A DNA stretch of 63,383 nucleotides, counting the filler, from Hyphochytrium catenoides (Eukaryota > Protista > Hyphochytriomycota), in the NCBI GenBank assembly GCA_900088475.1. It is 5 parts of 5 records of this genome, joined end to end, with 100 filler letters (N's around TTAATTAATTAA, not from the genome) between each part and the next. Parts side by side here need not be neighbours in the genome. Positions count along the whole stretch, not along the records: positions 24,953 to 44,864 come from FLMG01001835.1; positions 44,965 to 55,024 come from FLMG01002809.1; 3 more parts are not named here. One strand, written 5' to 3'. The notes beneath the pieces are model-generated. The model ran no database searches, was not told where the DNA came from, and worked only from the letters and a program-made list of their open reading frames with translations. Shown in pieces: positions 37,412 to 50,227 of the stretch. Every line of letters begins with the position of its first letter. The stretch's first letter is position 1. Position numbers and translations under genes: made by a program.

Positions 37412-38835
37412 CTTCTATCTCTGGGTATGGTGATGTGCCACGATCACTGCTAACCCTTTCTCACCCCAGCCAAATGTAGTACCAGTCGTCTTGCGGTGAG
37501 CTAGAAGAGCTGGAGAGTAGTCCCGATCGAGGACAACAATGGAAGGTAGCAGTTTAAAGGAGAAGCGCGGTCTTGAGGTTCTGAAGCTTTGCGTACCAAG
37601 CAGACTGCAGCCAAAGACTGGCGAAGAGCATGAGAACCGAAGATCGAGAGCAGAGACTGTACTGCTCCCTAGCAGAAAGAGATATCGAGGCAGCTGCCCT
37701 CCTAGGTGTTGTGACGGTCAGTTGATAGGGTGGATTCTGCATGCTCTGCACTTCATTCAGGCAGCCCGATATATCTCATGACCACCTGTCAATATATTAA
37801 ATATGGATCTTGAGCACTCTGTCTAAAGGTGTCTCTCTGAATAACTGGTGTCATTGTTGCGTGGAATATTTCTCGAGACCCAGAAACAATGGCAACCGTG
37901 TAGGGGATAAGGCTTAGGAGATCATGAACCGAAGATTCCGAGGGAAACCTTAAGTTGAAAGCTTTCACGCCATTGATGAAGTGATTCTTCAACTTCGTTT
38001 CTGAAGCTCAATGGGTGGTTCTATGGATTGAGACAGAGTGAAGACCAGCTATAATAATGCGCTGTATCTTGTTAAAGAGGTAAGAGTGAAGCTCTGAACT
38101 GTTGAGCTGGTCGGTGGCTGATGAGTGATTGACTGCCGCAGGGATGCTGAAGGGATGAGCTTATGATGAGGCTCTCATCACTTCAGGGAAGAGGTCTGGC
38201 CTGGTCTTGTCAGCACTCCATCTGCTGCAGGGAGAGCTATGTCCCCTTACATCCAGACACAGATCTTGAGCTCAAACCGTCAGGTAAAAGAGGCCCAAGC
38301 CATGAGTCATCCGCAGGAACTGACCGAGAAGACGCGTCAGCATCCATGATCCTAAAGATTGCACAGCCGTCGTTGCGTAAGCAAGGTCTTTTCTTGACAA
38401 CGGCGGGTGCCTCAAGTGCCCACGTCATCAACCCTTTCCCTTCCCTTTGGTACACCAAGTTACCAGTCTACCATTGGTCTTCATCTTTTACTTTGCAAGT
38501 CCAATGTGGGGCAGGCGCATTAGAAAAGAGAGGCTACTTTTACATTCACTAGGTTGCTTAGAGTAAGGAACAGGACTTGAGACAGAAGGCTCTTTTCAAG
38601 CCTACCGGAACGTAGGATCAGCGTACTGGTACAAGGTGTATGTGAAATGGGCAGAGGCATAGACGCTTCTGCCTGTCATGGTCACTAACTCTACATGCTA
38701 GCCATAGACTCTGAAGTACATGGCTGTGTGGCTGCTGCCGGACAGAAGACTTGCTAGATACACGCCTATGTGCATCTGGCAATCGAGTAGAAACTGGCGA
38801 GGTGGGATAGTGATAAGGCCGAGGAATAAAGCCCA

Positions 38836-40254
38836 TCACTGGTGGTGGAAGTAAGAAGTTGATTTCAACTCCATCTCGTGAGGAGCCTGAGCAGCTTCCT
38901 CAGACCACTGCTCGTCATCTTCCTCATATTCCTCACATCCCTCCTCATGCGAGGATACGGTGCCGCTAGAAGTGCGAGATTTTACGCTCCTGCTGGCCCC
39001 GTAGCTGCTTGAACTGTCTAACCGCCCTCGGGCATGAGCCAAACAGAAGCTTCCTATCTTTGCGAACTTCTTACAGTTCGGGTCCGCACATTTTCCACTA
39101 TCAGACAGTGCGCCGTGCTGCTGGCAAAGTCCTTTTCCCTTCTTCGCATACTCCTCACAGCTCGGGTAGTTGCATCGGTTGACTTTTGCACCATGAGAGA
39201 CACATACGCCTCCCTTAACAGAGCGGCGTTCACAACCTTCAACACTGCAGCGTTTGACTTTGGCACCATGCGCTACGCAGACACCATCTTTCACTGCCCG
39301 CTTTGAACAATCTGGTTCTTTACACAGCTTTTTCTCCCCTCCATGGCTAATGCAAGCCCCACCCTTCTGGGCGTACTTCTCACAACCTTCGACCCTACAA
39401 CGTTTCCTCTTAGCACCATGTGATATGCAAAGTCCTCCCTGCTGCACTTGCTTATCGCACCCGTCCACCTTGCACCGCTTCACCTTTGCTCCATGTGCAA
39501 TGCAAACACCTCCATTGACGGCACCCTTCTCGCAGCCGTCTACGCTGCAGCGCTTAACCTTTGCTCCGTGAGAGATGCAGACACCACCTTGTACCACGCA
39601 TTTGTTGCAGTTTGGCACCTTGCACCGCTTCTTGCGTTGTCCAGGGCCGTAAAAGCCTAACACTTCATCCAACTCGTCGGTAATCGAGAGGTCACTCTGG
39701 AGCCTTGAGCGCCCGCTTGAAACACTTTCACTCTCTAAAGCAGTGCTAGCCGTGCTGAAGTTGCTAAGAATACTGCTGATACTGCTACAGCTGCTTGCAC
39801 TGCTAGTCCTCACTCGGCGAGAGCGGTCAAGAGGCAAGATGCTGCTGGACAGAACCGGAGTCTTTGGGGTACTTACGTCCGCAAACTCTTCCATTATCGC
39901 GTCCATCACGTGGTCGGCACTACGAGCTCTTATACGCTTAGAGGCAGCGTGTGCCGCTGCGGCTCCTGACAGGGATGCCGAAGGTTTGCTTCCTCCAGTG
40001 ATGATGTTGCTGGCACTGATCGTCCTCAGCCTGCTTGCCCTCGCGACGCTGGGGGCCATCGGGCCAGTTATTACCCTTTCCCGCTCACCTAAGATCCCGC
40101 TGCTGAGAGCAGACAAATCGCAACCTCCACTAAAATGTGTATGGCCGTGTGGCACAGCCTTGGAGTGCATATGCAGCGGCAACGACGGAGGAAGATGCAC
40201 ATTCTGCCTGTCATTGCTGGTAGATCCCAGCGCTGACAACGGTGGAAGCTTCAT
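38836..40254 (-). CDS. WRKY19-like Cys/His repeat (CxxxxC..GGxCxxHG) putative zinc-binding transcription factor
   Basis: Eight tandem ~25-aa repeats such as CSVDGCEKGAVNGGVCIAHGAKVKR follow a Ser-rich N-terminal half. First in-frame ATG is at 40254 (MKLPPL); an upstream exon is possible. No WRKYGQK motif is present. Confidence 0.88.
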   Translation of the reverse strand: MKLPPLSALGSTSNDRQNVHLPPSLPLHMHSKAVPHGHTHFSGGCDLSALSSGILGERERVITGPMAPSVARASRLRTISASNIITGGSKPSASLSGAAAAHAASKRIRARSADHVMDAIMEEFADVSTPKTPVLSSSILPLDRSRRVRTSSASSCSSISSILSNFSTASTALESESVSSGRSRLQSDLSITDELDEVLGFYGPGQRKKRCKVPNCNKCVVQGGVCISHGAKVKRCSVDGCEKGAVNGGVCIAHGAKVKRCKVDGCDKQVQQGGLCISHGAKRKRCRVEGCEKYAQKGGACISHGGEKKLCKEPDCSKRAVKDGVCVAHGAKVKRCSVEGCERRSVKGGVCVSHGAKVNRCNYPSCEEYAKKGKGLCQQHGALSDSGKCADPNCKKFAKIGSFCLAHARGRLDSSSSYGASRSVKSRTSSGTVSSHEEGCEEYEEDDEQWSEEAAQAPHEMELKSTSYFHHQ

Positions 40255-40639
40255 CTCCTCCTCCTCCTGACTCTGCTTTACTCTACAGAGAGTGCCCTCC
40301 AAGGCTACCTAAAAAACTCTGCCTGCTATGCTGAGAGAGAACAATAGCCAACTCCCGCAGCTAATGTTACCATTCTGCACGCAACCTGTGGATGCAGCAG
40401 CAGAAAGAGCTTCTTCTCCCTTAACAGAACAGGAAAAAGCGCAATGAAAATCTCTCTCTAGCGGTTGGTCGGTATATTTTCTTAGAGAAGGTGGAAGAGG
40501 CTGTGCAGTCTTCAAGTAAGAAATTGAAGCTTACTTGAGAGCCAGAGGCCATCGAGTCATCAGCAATATTCAGCTTCTGAAAGCAGATGATGGATTGAAA
40601 AGAGGAAGGAGGGTCTGAGTTCAACGTGAAGAGGACTTC

Positions 40640-40662
40640 CTCTCTCTTTCTCTCTCTCTCTT

Positions 40663-40697
<35 letters not shown>

Positions 40698-41180
40698 TTC
40701 GTGCTTTTTCTCTCTCTCTCTCTCTCTCTCTCATCACCTTTCCTCTCTCGCCCCCCCATCTCTGTCTTCCCCGCTTGGCCTTGCTTGAATGTATGTCTCC
40801 ATGCTCACGATGTCTTTCTCTCCTCATGTAGCTCATGTAGCCTGTGACTCTTTCTCGTCCTGACAGGTACCTTGCGTCCTTACCTCTTCCTCTTCCTCAT
40901 TTCCCTCCCCTTTACACGGCCGTCATTATTCTTGTCTCTCCTCCATCCTCTTCTTTGCTGCATCTGTGCCTGCCTTCTTATGTCCTCACTCTGCCCTCCT
41001 GTCTGTGTCATCACTCTCTCTCTCTTCTCTCACTTGTTTCTCTGCTTCATCTCTCTCTCTCTCTCTCGGTGTCTCTCTCTCCCTCTGTCTCGTTTCTTCT
41101 GCCCATTCTTTCTTTTGTCCTCCTCCCCTTCCTTGTCCCTCCTTGTCATCAGCCCTGCCCCCTTCTCCCTCCTCTTCTCT
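40640..41180. repeat. (CT)n / pyrimidine-rich simple repeats
   Basis: Long CT runs at ~40640-40732 and ~41010-41090. Confidence 0.95.
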
Positions 41181-44100
41181 GTGCCCGTTTGACCGCCTCA
41201 AGGAGCTGACTTAGTCTTACCATCTATCAGCAGTGACAAACACACACACACAGCCAAACACACAATCTTCTATTCTGATAACAGGTAATAGACTTTCGTA
41301 AGAAGCTGCGGTAAAACACAAGATAAGCTCTAAACTCACATAGCTTATCAGGCGTTCTTTGGTCTCATCAGGGTGGTCATCCAATTGAAGCTTTCGAATT
41401 TAAACCTATATGTGAAAATTCCACCCGACTGTCACATACAATCAAAGGCAACTTTTGAAACATTCCCCTCCTCTGCGAAAGAATTCTTTCCCGAAATTTA
41501 CTGTCGTACCAGCCTTTTTGGGCCCTCATTATAGATAGCGAGCAATAAAAAGGCCCGCCTGCACCAAATAAGTTCAATTTGAACTTCCTCACCACTTCCT
41601 AAGAACTCTTCGAACTACTTCTTCAACTCTCTCACACAGATGCAGCCAGGGCCGCAGCTGGATGTATTTCTTAGGCTTATCTAAACGCACATATTGCCAG
41701 CGTGGCCGATCTTTCTCGTACATAACTTCCCACTCGCTCTTCATCAATCAACCGCCCTCCCTCGCCCTACAGTGTATCCTCCACTTCACCCATCAAAACG
41801 GTAGTACAGGTACCAGCACCCCGTAATAAAACCGGTAACCGCACAAAGGTCAGGAGTCAGTTACTAGTAGTCGTGCTGCTTATAATTAGCTGGACGGTAC
41901 GTTGGTGGGTGGTGTCGATGTTGGGCGGGCTGCAGGTCGTCGTGGTGTTGTAGGGATGGATCTTAGACGGACGCACCGGTGCGGCGGCAGCGCCGCCGTC
42001 ACTACGGCTACTACTACGAAGACAAGTGTTCTACTTATATCAGTACAACAAGGGACAAAACAAAAAACACGGAGGATGACCAGTGCTGCTGCACATTAGC
42101 ACATTAGTGTTGTTGTTAGAAATGATTATTGGTGGTGGTGTTGGCTTTCACGCAGCGATGAGCAAGGGCTACGAGTACACTAAGATTCGAAGCAGGAAGA
42201 AGGAAGTATTATAGTAGTTTATTATGTAGTAGTAAAAGTGACTACTATAGCAGCACTGCATCAAGGTACCAAAGAAAATGAACTTGTCGAAATAGAATGG
42301 CCGCAGTAGTACTGGCCAATGATGATGCTGTTTTAATAATAGAGAGGAGGAGTTCGTTCATAGTAGCCCCTCTTGCTCCGGCGGGTGATGATGGGTAGCA
42401 ACCATATTTAAGGCAGTCACAGGTAAACAGTCAGTATTGGCGCAGTGACGATGTACTGCCCATCCACATACATCCATCAATCACACTACTCCTCTCAATC
42501 GTAGTAGGCGACAGTCAAACGACGAGCAAGAGTAGTAGTGAATCATAGAAAAGTTCTTCCCTTCCAGGCAATAACAAGTAAACACTGAAAAATGTTACGA
42601 GCCTGCTGCTGGTACACGTTATTATCAGCTTCGTGCATAAATCCTCGGCTACTAATCATCCCGACGACCCTTATGGCCCACTTGTTGGACAGCAGGCAAC
42701 AAACCAAACGGAACAAACAAACCCAACCGACCAACACCCAATCAACCCTTTTAAAGAAGAAGACCATCACCCTTCTAGTAGTAGTGTTGACCGAATAATA
42801 GTGGCAGATGATCACCAGATAGTCGATGGAGAGCCAGTAAGTAATAATCGGCCTTCGTGAAACTCCATATTTCCCTGTTGTTCAAAAACTTCAGCGCTCG
42901 TCGGCGGAGGAGGGTCGTTGTTGTGCGAAGAGGCATAGTAACCTGTTAGGCACCGAAAGGGAGGTAGAAAAAGTGGTGTTGTTGTTATTATAGACTCAAG
43001 ACTTCCACTTGATGGAGAGCCACCCACAGCAGGAGATCGAGGGGAAATACACGCTTCTCCTCCCCTCTCTTCTTCTTCTCCACTCTTTTCTGCTTCTTCT
43101 TCTTTTCCTGGTGCTGCGGCTGCTCCTTCTCCTGACATCGCCCCCTCGTTTGTTGACCGTGAGCAGGAGCAAGACTTTTTCCTCTCTCGAATTATTGGAG
43201 AGGAGGACGATCTTTCCGCCGCCGCCTCCTTGGTGGCCCCACAGTTGCTATCTTCAGTCAATCCCGGCCCTTGGGGGCCGGGTGAGGTCCTAGCTACTCT
43301 GCTCTTCCTTTCTTTTTGGCCAATTTTAGCTCTTTCTCCATTCTCTTTTGTTGCTTCGTAGTACATATTTGCTTCTCTTCTTCTTCTTCAAACAGTAGTC
43401 GATTACACAGTCTTTACTAACTTCTTGATAATAAAGGGCCACATCTCTGCTAAAAAAATAAAAATAAAAAGACTTACTCTTTCCTACAAGGAATTTATTG
43501 TTGGTGATCCATCATCATGTTGCTAAGTAGTTCTGAGGGAAGAAGAGAGCCCAAATATATATCTACGATTTGTCTTGTTGTCACCCATCATAGAGGTCCG
43601 CCACCATCTCCACTTGCTGAATAAAAAGCAGGCATCTCGCAAACATCCTCAGCATATATTTGTGTTTAAAATAAGGCCTCGTATAGCTGGTGGAAATAGT
43701 AGAGCTTTATATAGCGTGTCGAAGGCCGCCGCTGCTTGTTGTTGTTTCATTCTTCACTTCGTCAGCAGATGATGTTGCCTTACCATTTTAAGGAAACCAA
43801 CGAGAAACCAGAGAAAAGGAGCAGAAGAAGATAGAATAGTACGCTGCCAAGTGATTGCACTATACTCTTCTTTAGATGTTATAAGCGTTGCAAGTGACCG
43901 AAGACGAGGAGGGAGCAGCCCTAATAATATATATGAGGATAACCTATTGATGATGATGATGAAGGTGGGTCGTCGTCGTCTCATCAACAGCAGCAAAGAC
44001 CGGCATCATGCTCGGTAGGTCAGGGGATAGTGCCTCGTATCTCAGTACACTCCTTCTCATCCTTCTTCCGTCCTTCCATCCTTTCCTCTTTCGATTCTTT

Positions 44101-44436
44101 CTCTTCTTCTTCTCCATCTCTTCTTCTTCTCTTGGCCCTTGTCGTGTTTGTTGCTTCTTACTACTTCCTCGTCGAGAGGACGGTCTTCATCATCAATCTT
44201 GCTTGTTTATGCTTACTTTGTGTCGTCTTTATAAGTAGATATAAATAGCGTTGCAGTACTTACTTACTATCCTTCGGACTCTCGCAGTACATCAACAAGG
44301 GAAAGAAACACAGATACCAAGTACCAAGTAACACCCCCTGTTTACTACTTGCCACTTGCATCAAATGGTCGTACGTTTCATAGCTGGTAACGATATTCTC
44401 TTTGGGAGTTGAGTTGATTGGTGCCAAATAGTGAAA

Positions 44437-44438
<2 letters not shown>

Positions 44439-44479
<41 letters not shown>
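44439..44479. repeat. (GA)n microsatellite
   Basis: About 20 perfect units. Confidence 0.95.
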
Positions 44480-44483
<4 letters not shown>

Positions 44484-44712
44484 TGGAAGAACCTCTTTCC
44501 CACGGTTTTTCAACTTCTACAGTAGGAGGGGGAAGTACAGGCGGCAAAAATGTCTTCACCACCATCTCAGCGGAAGTGTTATCTGGGCAGGGAGCATGAT
44601 GAGGGCGAAGTGTGGAGCTCAATGACAGAGGAGACTGAGGCAGGACGGGTCTGAAGGCAAACGCAGTTAGGTAAAGCCGTCGAGCGCGGCCCAGAGGCTG
44701 AGTGGAGGGATC

Positions 44713-44864
44713 ATGTCTCCTTACAATCCCCTCACACTGGCTAGTGCAAAGGTGCAACACCTAGGAGATGACAGCGATGGTCCTGAGGAGGAGCAGGAGG
44801 AGTCCGAGCTGCCAGAGGAAAGAGTTAGAGAAGTTAGAGGAGAGGAGGATGAGGACGAGGAGAC
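44713..44864 (+). CDS. Possible 5' end of an acidic protein, cut by contig end
   Basis: MSPYNPLTLASAKVQHLGDDSDGPEEEQEESEL.. stays open up to the gap. Confidence 0.3.
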
Positions 44865-44964
44865 NNNNNNNNNNNNNNNNNNNNNNNNNNNNNNNNNNNN
44901 NNNNNNNNTTAATTAATTAANNNNNNNNNNNNNNNNNNNNNNNNNNNNNNNNNNNNNNNNNNNN
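44865..44964. other. Artificial contig-joining spacer
   Basis: Same N44-TTAATTAATTAA-N44 linker. Confidence 0.98.
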
Positions 44965-45379
44965 GGGGGGGTGTAGCGGTCAGTCTTTGGATGAGGGAGG
45001 GGAGGATTTCGTAAGTCTGTCTCACTTGAGGCCATGGCTCTTCTTGGCAGGAGAGCTCCTCCTAGCGGTCGCAATGTGATGATGAGAGTAACGTGCTTGC
45101 GTGCTCGAAGCTCGGGACCACCGACGCGCAGGAGGCGCGGCAGCATCCGCACAGCGATCTAAAGTCCTGATGTCTCTCAGGGCATCGAGAGCGTGGAAGG
45201 AGATATGAGCCGGTGATAACTTGTCAAAGAAAGAGATGAAGCAGCAGCGTGCGGCGTGGGAATTGAGCTGCAGTTCTGAGGGTTAAACGATGGCGCACTG
45301 ATGGGACAGCCTGGGCGAGGGAGTGCCTTACATGCAACTGCACTGCAGGAGAGACATCGACACCATCACTCTTTCCCTC

Positions 45380-45433
45380 GTCCCTTTCTCTCTCTCGCTC
45401 TCTCTCGGGCTCTTCCTCTTTCTCTCCTGCCTT

Positions 45434-45474
<41 letters not shown>

Positions 45475-45505
45475 TGGTCATCTCTCTCTCCCTCTCCTCC
45501 CTCCT
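45380..45505. repeat. (CT)n simple repeat
   Basis: CT run ~550 bp upstream of the RPAP3 ATG. Confidence 0.9.
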
Positions 45506-46055
45506 CTGTTTTTGGCGGGAAGACGCGGTGGGAACATCATCCAGACCTGTGCAACCGGACCGTCAGCTCTTTGTACAGGGAATAAACTCTGAGGTCGGAG
45601 ACATGGTCCTCTTCTGCAAGGGACTAGAAGTACCAGATGTCCCCTCGGAACCTCAGGGTTATCCTTTGAAGGTTTCAACATTGACTGAAACTCTGCGCCA
45701 TGAAATATTTAATTTGTACCGAAATCTAATCTTTGATTTCAGTAAAGAAGTATTCTTCACCTGAAAGCTTCAGACTTTGACGCTTCGTTGCTAAAAGAAG
45801 CTTCAACAGTCTTCAGAAGAAGGAAGCCTCATGACTCGTGAGAGGAAGGAGAGCAGGAGGTCAGACGACCAGAGAAGCCAGAGAGGAAAGAGTGCTGATG
45901 ACCGCTTCGCCTTCTCCTCCACAGTCACCGGGCCGCGCGTCGGGCGGTGGAGGAGCCAGCAAGGTTCCAAGATAGATAGAAGGCGAAGTAGTAGGAGAAG
46001 ATACCAACTTGTGCTGGTGACACTATCATCGCCTGTCTCTTTGGCTCCTGCAAGG

Positions 46056-48901
46056 ATGGACGAGCGCGGCAAGAGTTTCGGTCTGCAGATGCAGATGCGG
46101 CAAAATGCGTCAGAGATGCAGGAATATCTTTCGGAGCTTCGGAACTGGGAGAAGACGATCAAAGCCAAGGACCTAGCTGTCGCCCGACGAGCAGACCGCG
46201 CGACTGCCAACGTGACCTCAAAGGGTCCACGGGCAATGAAATCTGTGAGGGTCGCTACTTCCGGGCGAGATGCCAAAGCGCCAACACCGCCTGCTGTTCA
46301 CCCACTAGTAGCTGCCACTGAAGAGAAAATTAGAAAATCAAAGAAGGTAAAGTGAGCGAAGGGCGAAGGCCCAGTCTCTCGTGTCTCCAGTTCAATTTGG
46401 TTGATGCTCTGTTTTGACATACTTCAGTGTGCTGTCTCTTTGGACAAGAGCTCTACGGTCACTTTCCTATTAATCCTGATTGGAAGACCTTTACCACGTA
46501 GAGTATTTCTGCATAGTTTCCTCTCTCTATCTCTTTCCATCTCTCTCTTCCTCCGTCTTTTCCTCTCTCTCTCTTTCTCTCTCTCCCGAGGCACATGCCT
46601 TTGCTCTGTGCACAGTTCCGTCCGGGTGTTTCTTCAATAATATCTCGGTTACCATAGGGGGATCTTTTTCTGACTTCTGCCTATGCGCGTGTCCCCCTCT
46701 CTCTCATATTGTTCGTACTTCACTCACACACCAGCATCCCGCTGCGCATGTTTACGACAAGGGATATCAGCGATGGAATCAAATCAAGGAGGTGATCCCT
46801 TCATTTCTCTTCAGTCATGCCTGTCCTTTGCCTGCTTCTGACAATCACGCTGTCCGCAGGAACTGGATTCTGACAATGCTTCAGGACAAGAAAATGAGGC
46901 TCCACACGGCGCAGACGAGCCGAGTCTGCCTGCAACGACAAAGCTAGATAGAAAGATCCGATCAAAAATACCGCTACCTAGTGAAGCGCTCTCGACTGGT
47001 GAACAGTTTAAAGAGTCTGGCAACAAGCTCTTCCGCGAGGGAGATTTTCAAGGAGCGGTGAAGCTGTACACCCAAGCGCTAGCACTGGTACCCGAGAGCG
47101 CTCCTGTGCTGGCGAACAGGGCAATGGCCCAACTGAAGCTTCGAAACTTCACGAAAGCTGAACACGATTGTTCGGCCGCTCTGAGACTGGATCCTTGCCA
47201 TCTTAAGGCCCTGTACCGCCGGGCCATGGCGAGGAATGCGCTTGGAAAGCACCGGGCTGCCCTCGAAGATCTGCACCAGGCTCTGGTTTTAGATCCAGGT
47301 GACTAAGTCTATTTTTTGATATTGCTTTCTAGTACGAGCCTTCGAACCTCAATTTTGCCGTCGAATTTTCTTGTGGGTCATCGACGGATGGTCAATGGTG
47401 TCGTCAGTGTCCCGTAACTTGGGATTCGCTCTCCTTTGATGCTGCACTGGGATAGTAACTCCTGCTTCCAACACCTCCTTCATTAAAGTATCATTAACTT
47501 CCACTCCTCCTTGCACTCGAGACCTCTTCCATTGATCGCTAAACTCCTTTTGAAAGTCCCGTCTCCACTCATTTTGACTCTCTTTTTTTATGGGTCCGTT
47601 TCTCATTCTTAATACCAGGAAATAAGTCCGTAGCTGTCGAGAGCAGGCGGACTAGAGAACTTCTGCGTTCTGCAATCCGCAAGGCACCCAGCACCGAAGT
47701 CGAACTTGTTCTGCAATCAGTTAATAGTGCTGGGAGTGGGACGAAGAATATACCTGATGAGCAGACTCCAGAGCTAGAGAGTCAGCCATTAAAGGGCAGA
47801 CAGACTCTTCACACTGCTACAGAATTCAAGGAGACAGAGACTGTAGGCAGGAAGAAAGATGAACCGTTGAAAGAGCCAAAGGACGACTCTATTGAAGGTG
47901 TGCTTGCCAGGAATGACGCGGCCGCGGCCTTTGCTCCCTTTAAAAGAGAGACACGTGGGCTTTCTGGAACCAAGAGGAGACGACCAAGAACATTCTTCGA
48001 GTTCTTGAAAACTTGGAAGGACCTGTCGAAGGGGTCCGAGGGAGGAGTGGAGGCGAAGCAGGCATATCTCAAGGTGGAAAAGGAGAAGACCTGTCTTAGC
48101 TAAGAGTCACCTTTATTGGATGTGGGCCACCAACGTGTCGAGTATTCCTCTGTCTACCTTTAAGTTCCTCTTCCAGACCGTCTTTGAATCTCTCTGGTGG
48201 TTATACTTTCACGATGTTGTTGGTGCCTACGGATGGGTCCAATAATGATCTCCTGGACTTACGCCATTGGATGTCTCTAAGTGCCTCATCTTTCTTTCTA
48301 GCTGCTGGCCCCTCAAGATTTCTGTTCTCTGGTGAAAAACTCACTCGAAGCGGAGCTAGTGGAAGACATCATTAGAGTGATCGGGGTCTCTTATGTTAGG
48401 TATTACTGTACTTTTACTGCCGCTGGCTTCTGATTGGAACTTAAAGTTCCAAGGGCGAGATCGCCTGCCTTTCAACCTCATGTGCTCTGAAGAACTTCTG
48501 AAAACCACCTGCGTCTGGAAAGGTCTCACCACTGATCAACTCGTCTCCTCATTGATCAACTCGTCTCCTTCATCTTCGTACTCGTTAACCGTTCAAGGAC
48601 CGACTGCAAGCTGGCAGTCCAGTGGCTGGAAGCTCTATCTCGGGCCCAAAGATTTCCCACGTTGCTGTTGGCACTCAAGAAAGAGGCCTTAGGTACTTCT
48701 GAAAACGTTACCCGCCGTCCTGCCGTTAGCTGACTCATAGCCTTGTATGAATCTCTCCTGAACCCGTTGCTCCCTTCCTTTCCCTTCGTTCACTCTTCGG
48801 TTGAAGGCTGGAGACCGCTTTTTGAAGAGCTAGCCCTAAAGGTGCCCATGGAAGAAAAAGAAACTGTTCGCAAGCTCCAGGAGCTCTACATTCAGCCATA
48901 G
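46056..48901 (+). CDS. RPAP3: RNA polymerase II-associated protein 3 (R2TP Hsp90 co-chaperone), multi-exon
   Basis: N-terminus LQMQMRQNASEMQEYLSELRNWEKTIKAKD is RPAP3-like, followed by YDKGYQRW. A 3-TPR carboxylate clamp reads KESGNKLF..ANRAMA..KALYRRA. The RPAP3_C-like end reads PRTFFEFLKTWK..YLK..SLEAE..LEALSRAQRF..LQELY, with stop TAG 48899-48901. Confidence 0.88.
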
Positions 48902-49803
48902 CCCCCAATAATAGTAGGGCTCTCCCCTGTGGATTGAGAATATCGTCAGCTACACCTCACTTCCAGCCGTCCTTAAGGACGGTAGGTTAGCTGTTCACTT
49001 CATCACTCGAGTCTCTATGGTCGAATGGCACTTCGGTCCCATTTTTCGGCTACCCTAGAACTACTACTGTAGACGAGCGTGAAAAAGTTCGTCCTGTAGA
49101 CTATGTACTTTATTTTTACGTAGTTGTCGGTGACTAATAAATGTCCTAAACAGCATAAAATTGAAAACTACTAGAAATACTAAAAGACTATGATACAACA
49201 AGCAAGAAAGACTTCACCATATCTTCTGATGACCACACTATAGAAGCCCTCCAGCAAAGCTCCGGGAAGCTGACCCAAGACCACGTCCTTCCTCAATGTC
49301 CGCACGCTGGGGCATTCTATGAAACACCATCTCTCCACCATTACTGCGTTGCAGGAGGACAGAGATCCGTCTTCTGAAGCGGTGGCAGTGAGAGTCGAGA
49401 GAGGAAGACCCGCACTGCCACACCTATCAGAGATAGCCCTAAGCCATTCTTTCATGGTAGAAATAAACCGTCCCCGTAACTCCACCAAAGGACCCCACGC
49501 TAAGGGGCGGAACCACCCGTAGCCCTGATCCGCACACTCCTCGGCGTAGAAGACGACTTTCCTCCTGTACGCACCCTCTGCGGCGTATCCTGTCTGACCC
49601 GCTGCATGGAGGAGTGATGTGTTAGATTGCGGCGATCGGGAAGAAGATAGTAACGTCAAAGAGCGTGCAGACTCTCTGAGACTCAAAGCCCTCAATGGCC
49701 AGTTCACGTGTGTCCAATGACCATTGGGCAGTACCCTGTTGGGAGGCTCAGCTTCAGTAGCCCAAAGGAATATGTACTATACTATAGGCAGTGTTAGTGA
49801 TAG

Positions 49804-50227
49804 TGTCAATTATTGACTGAACATTGCGTCTCTCTTGGTGCTCTCTAATCAATCTGCGCCTCGTTCCAGTTGAATGTATGGCATTCGGAGACAATTATAT
49901 TATGTGTTTCTCCTCGGCTTGTAAGCCATAAAGGGTCGTCTCTAGATTGTGGGAGCCTATTGAAGTTTGGATTCTTGAATACTACTGATATGTATTACCG
50001 GTAACGACTACGGTGAGAGGCTAGGTTGTGTAGAGGAGACTACTGACAACGAGCATTGTATCACTCAACACTGATGAGTTTTAGCAGAGGTAGATGTTGA
50101 TGATGTCTGAAGCTCTGTCGTGTCTACATGAACATATATGAAAGGGAATTGATGATTATTATCTGTCAATTGACAGAATGACTGTGTCTCTGTTGGCGCT
50201 CTCCCGATCAATCTGCGCCTGGTCCCA
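49804..50227. repeat. Two diverged ~65-bp direct repeats, ~360 bp apart
   Basis: TGTCAATT..GAC.GAA...TG.GTCTCT.TTGG.GCTCTC...ATCAATCTGCGCCT.G..CCA at 49804 and 50164. The minus strand reads W(D/N)(Q/E)AQID. Confidence 0.65.

Noticed and set aside
39034-40270. Plus-strand ORFs antisense to the Cys-repeat gene (similar cases over Prx, the transporter and the transposase)
   Set aside because: They are shadow ORFs of real genes on the opposite strand.
37778-41380. ATGACCACCTG / CAGGGTGGTCAT as TIRs around the WRKY19-like gene
   Set aside because: The match is short and imperfect, faces the wrong way for CAG-starting TIRs, and has no TSD.
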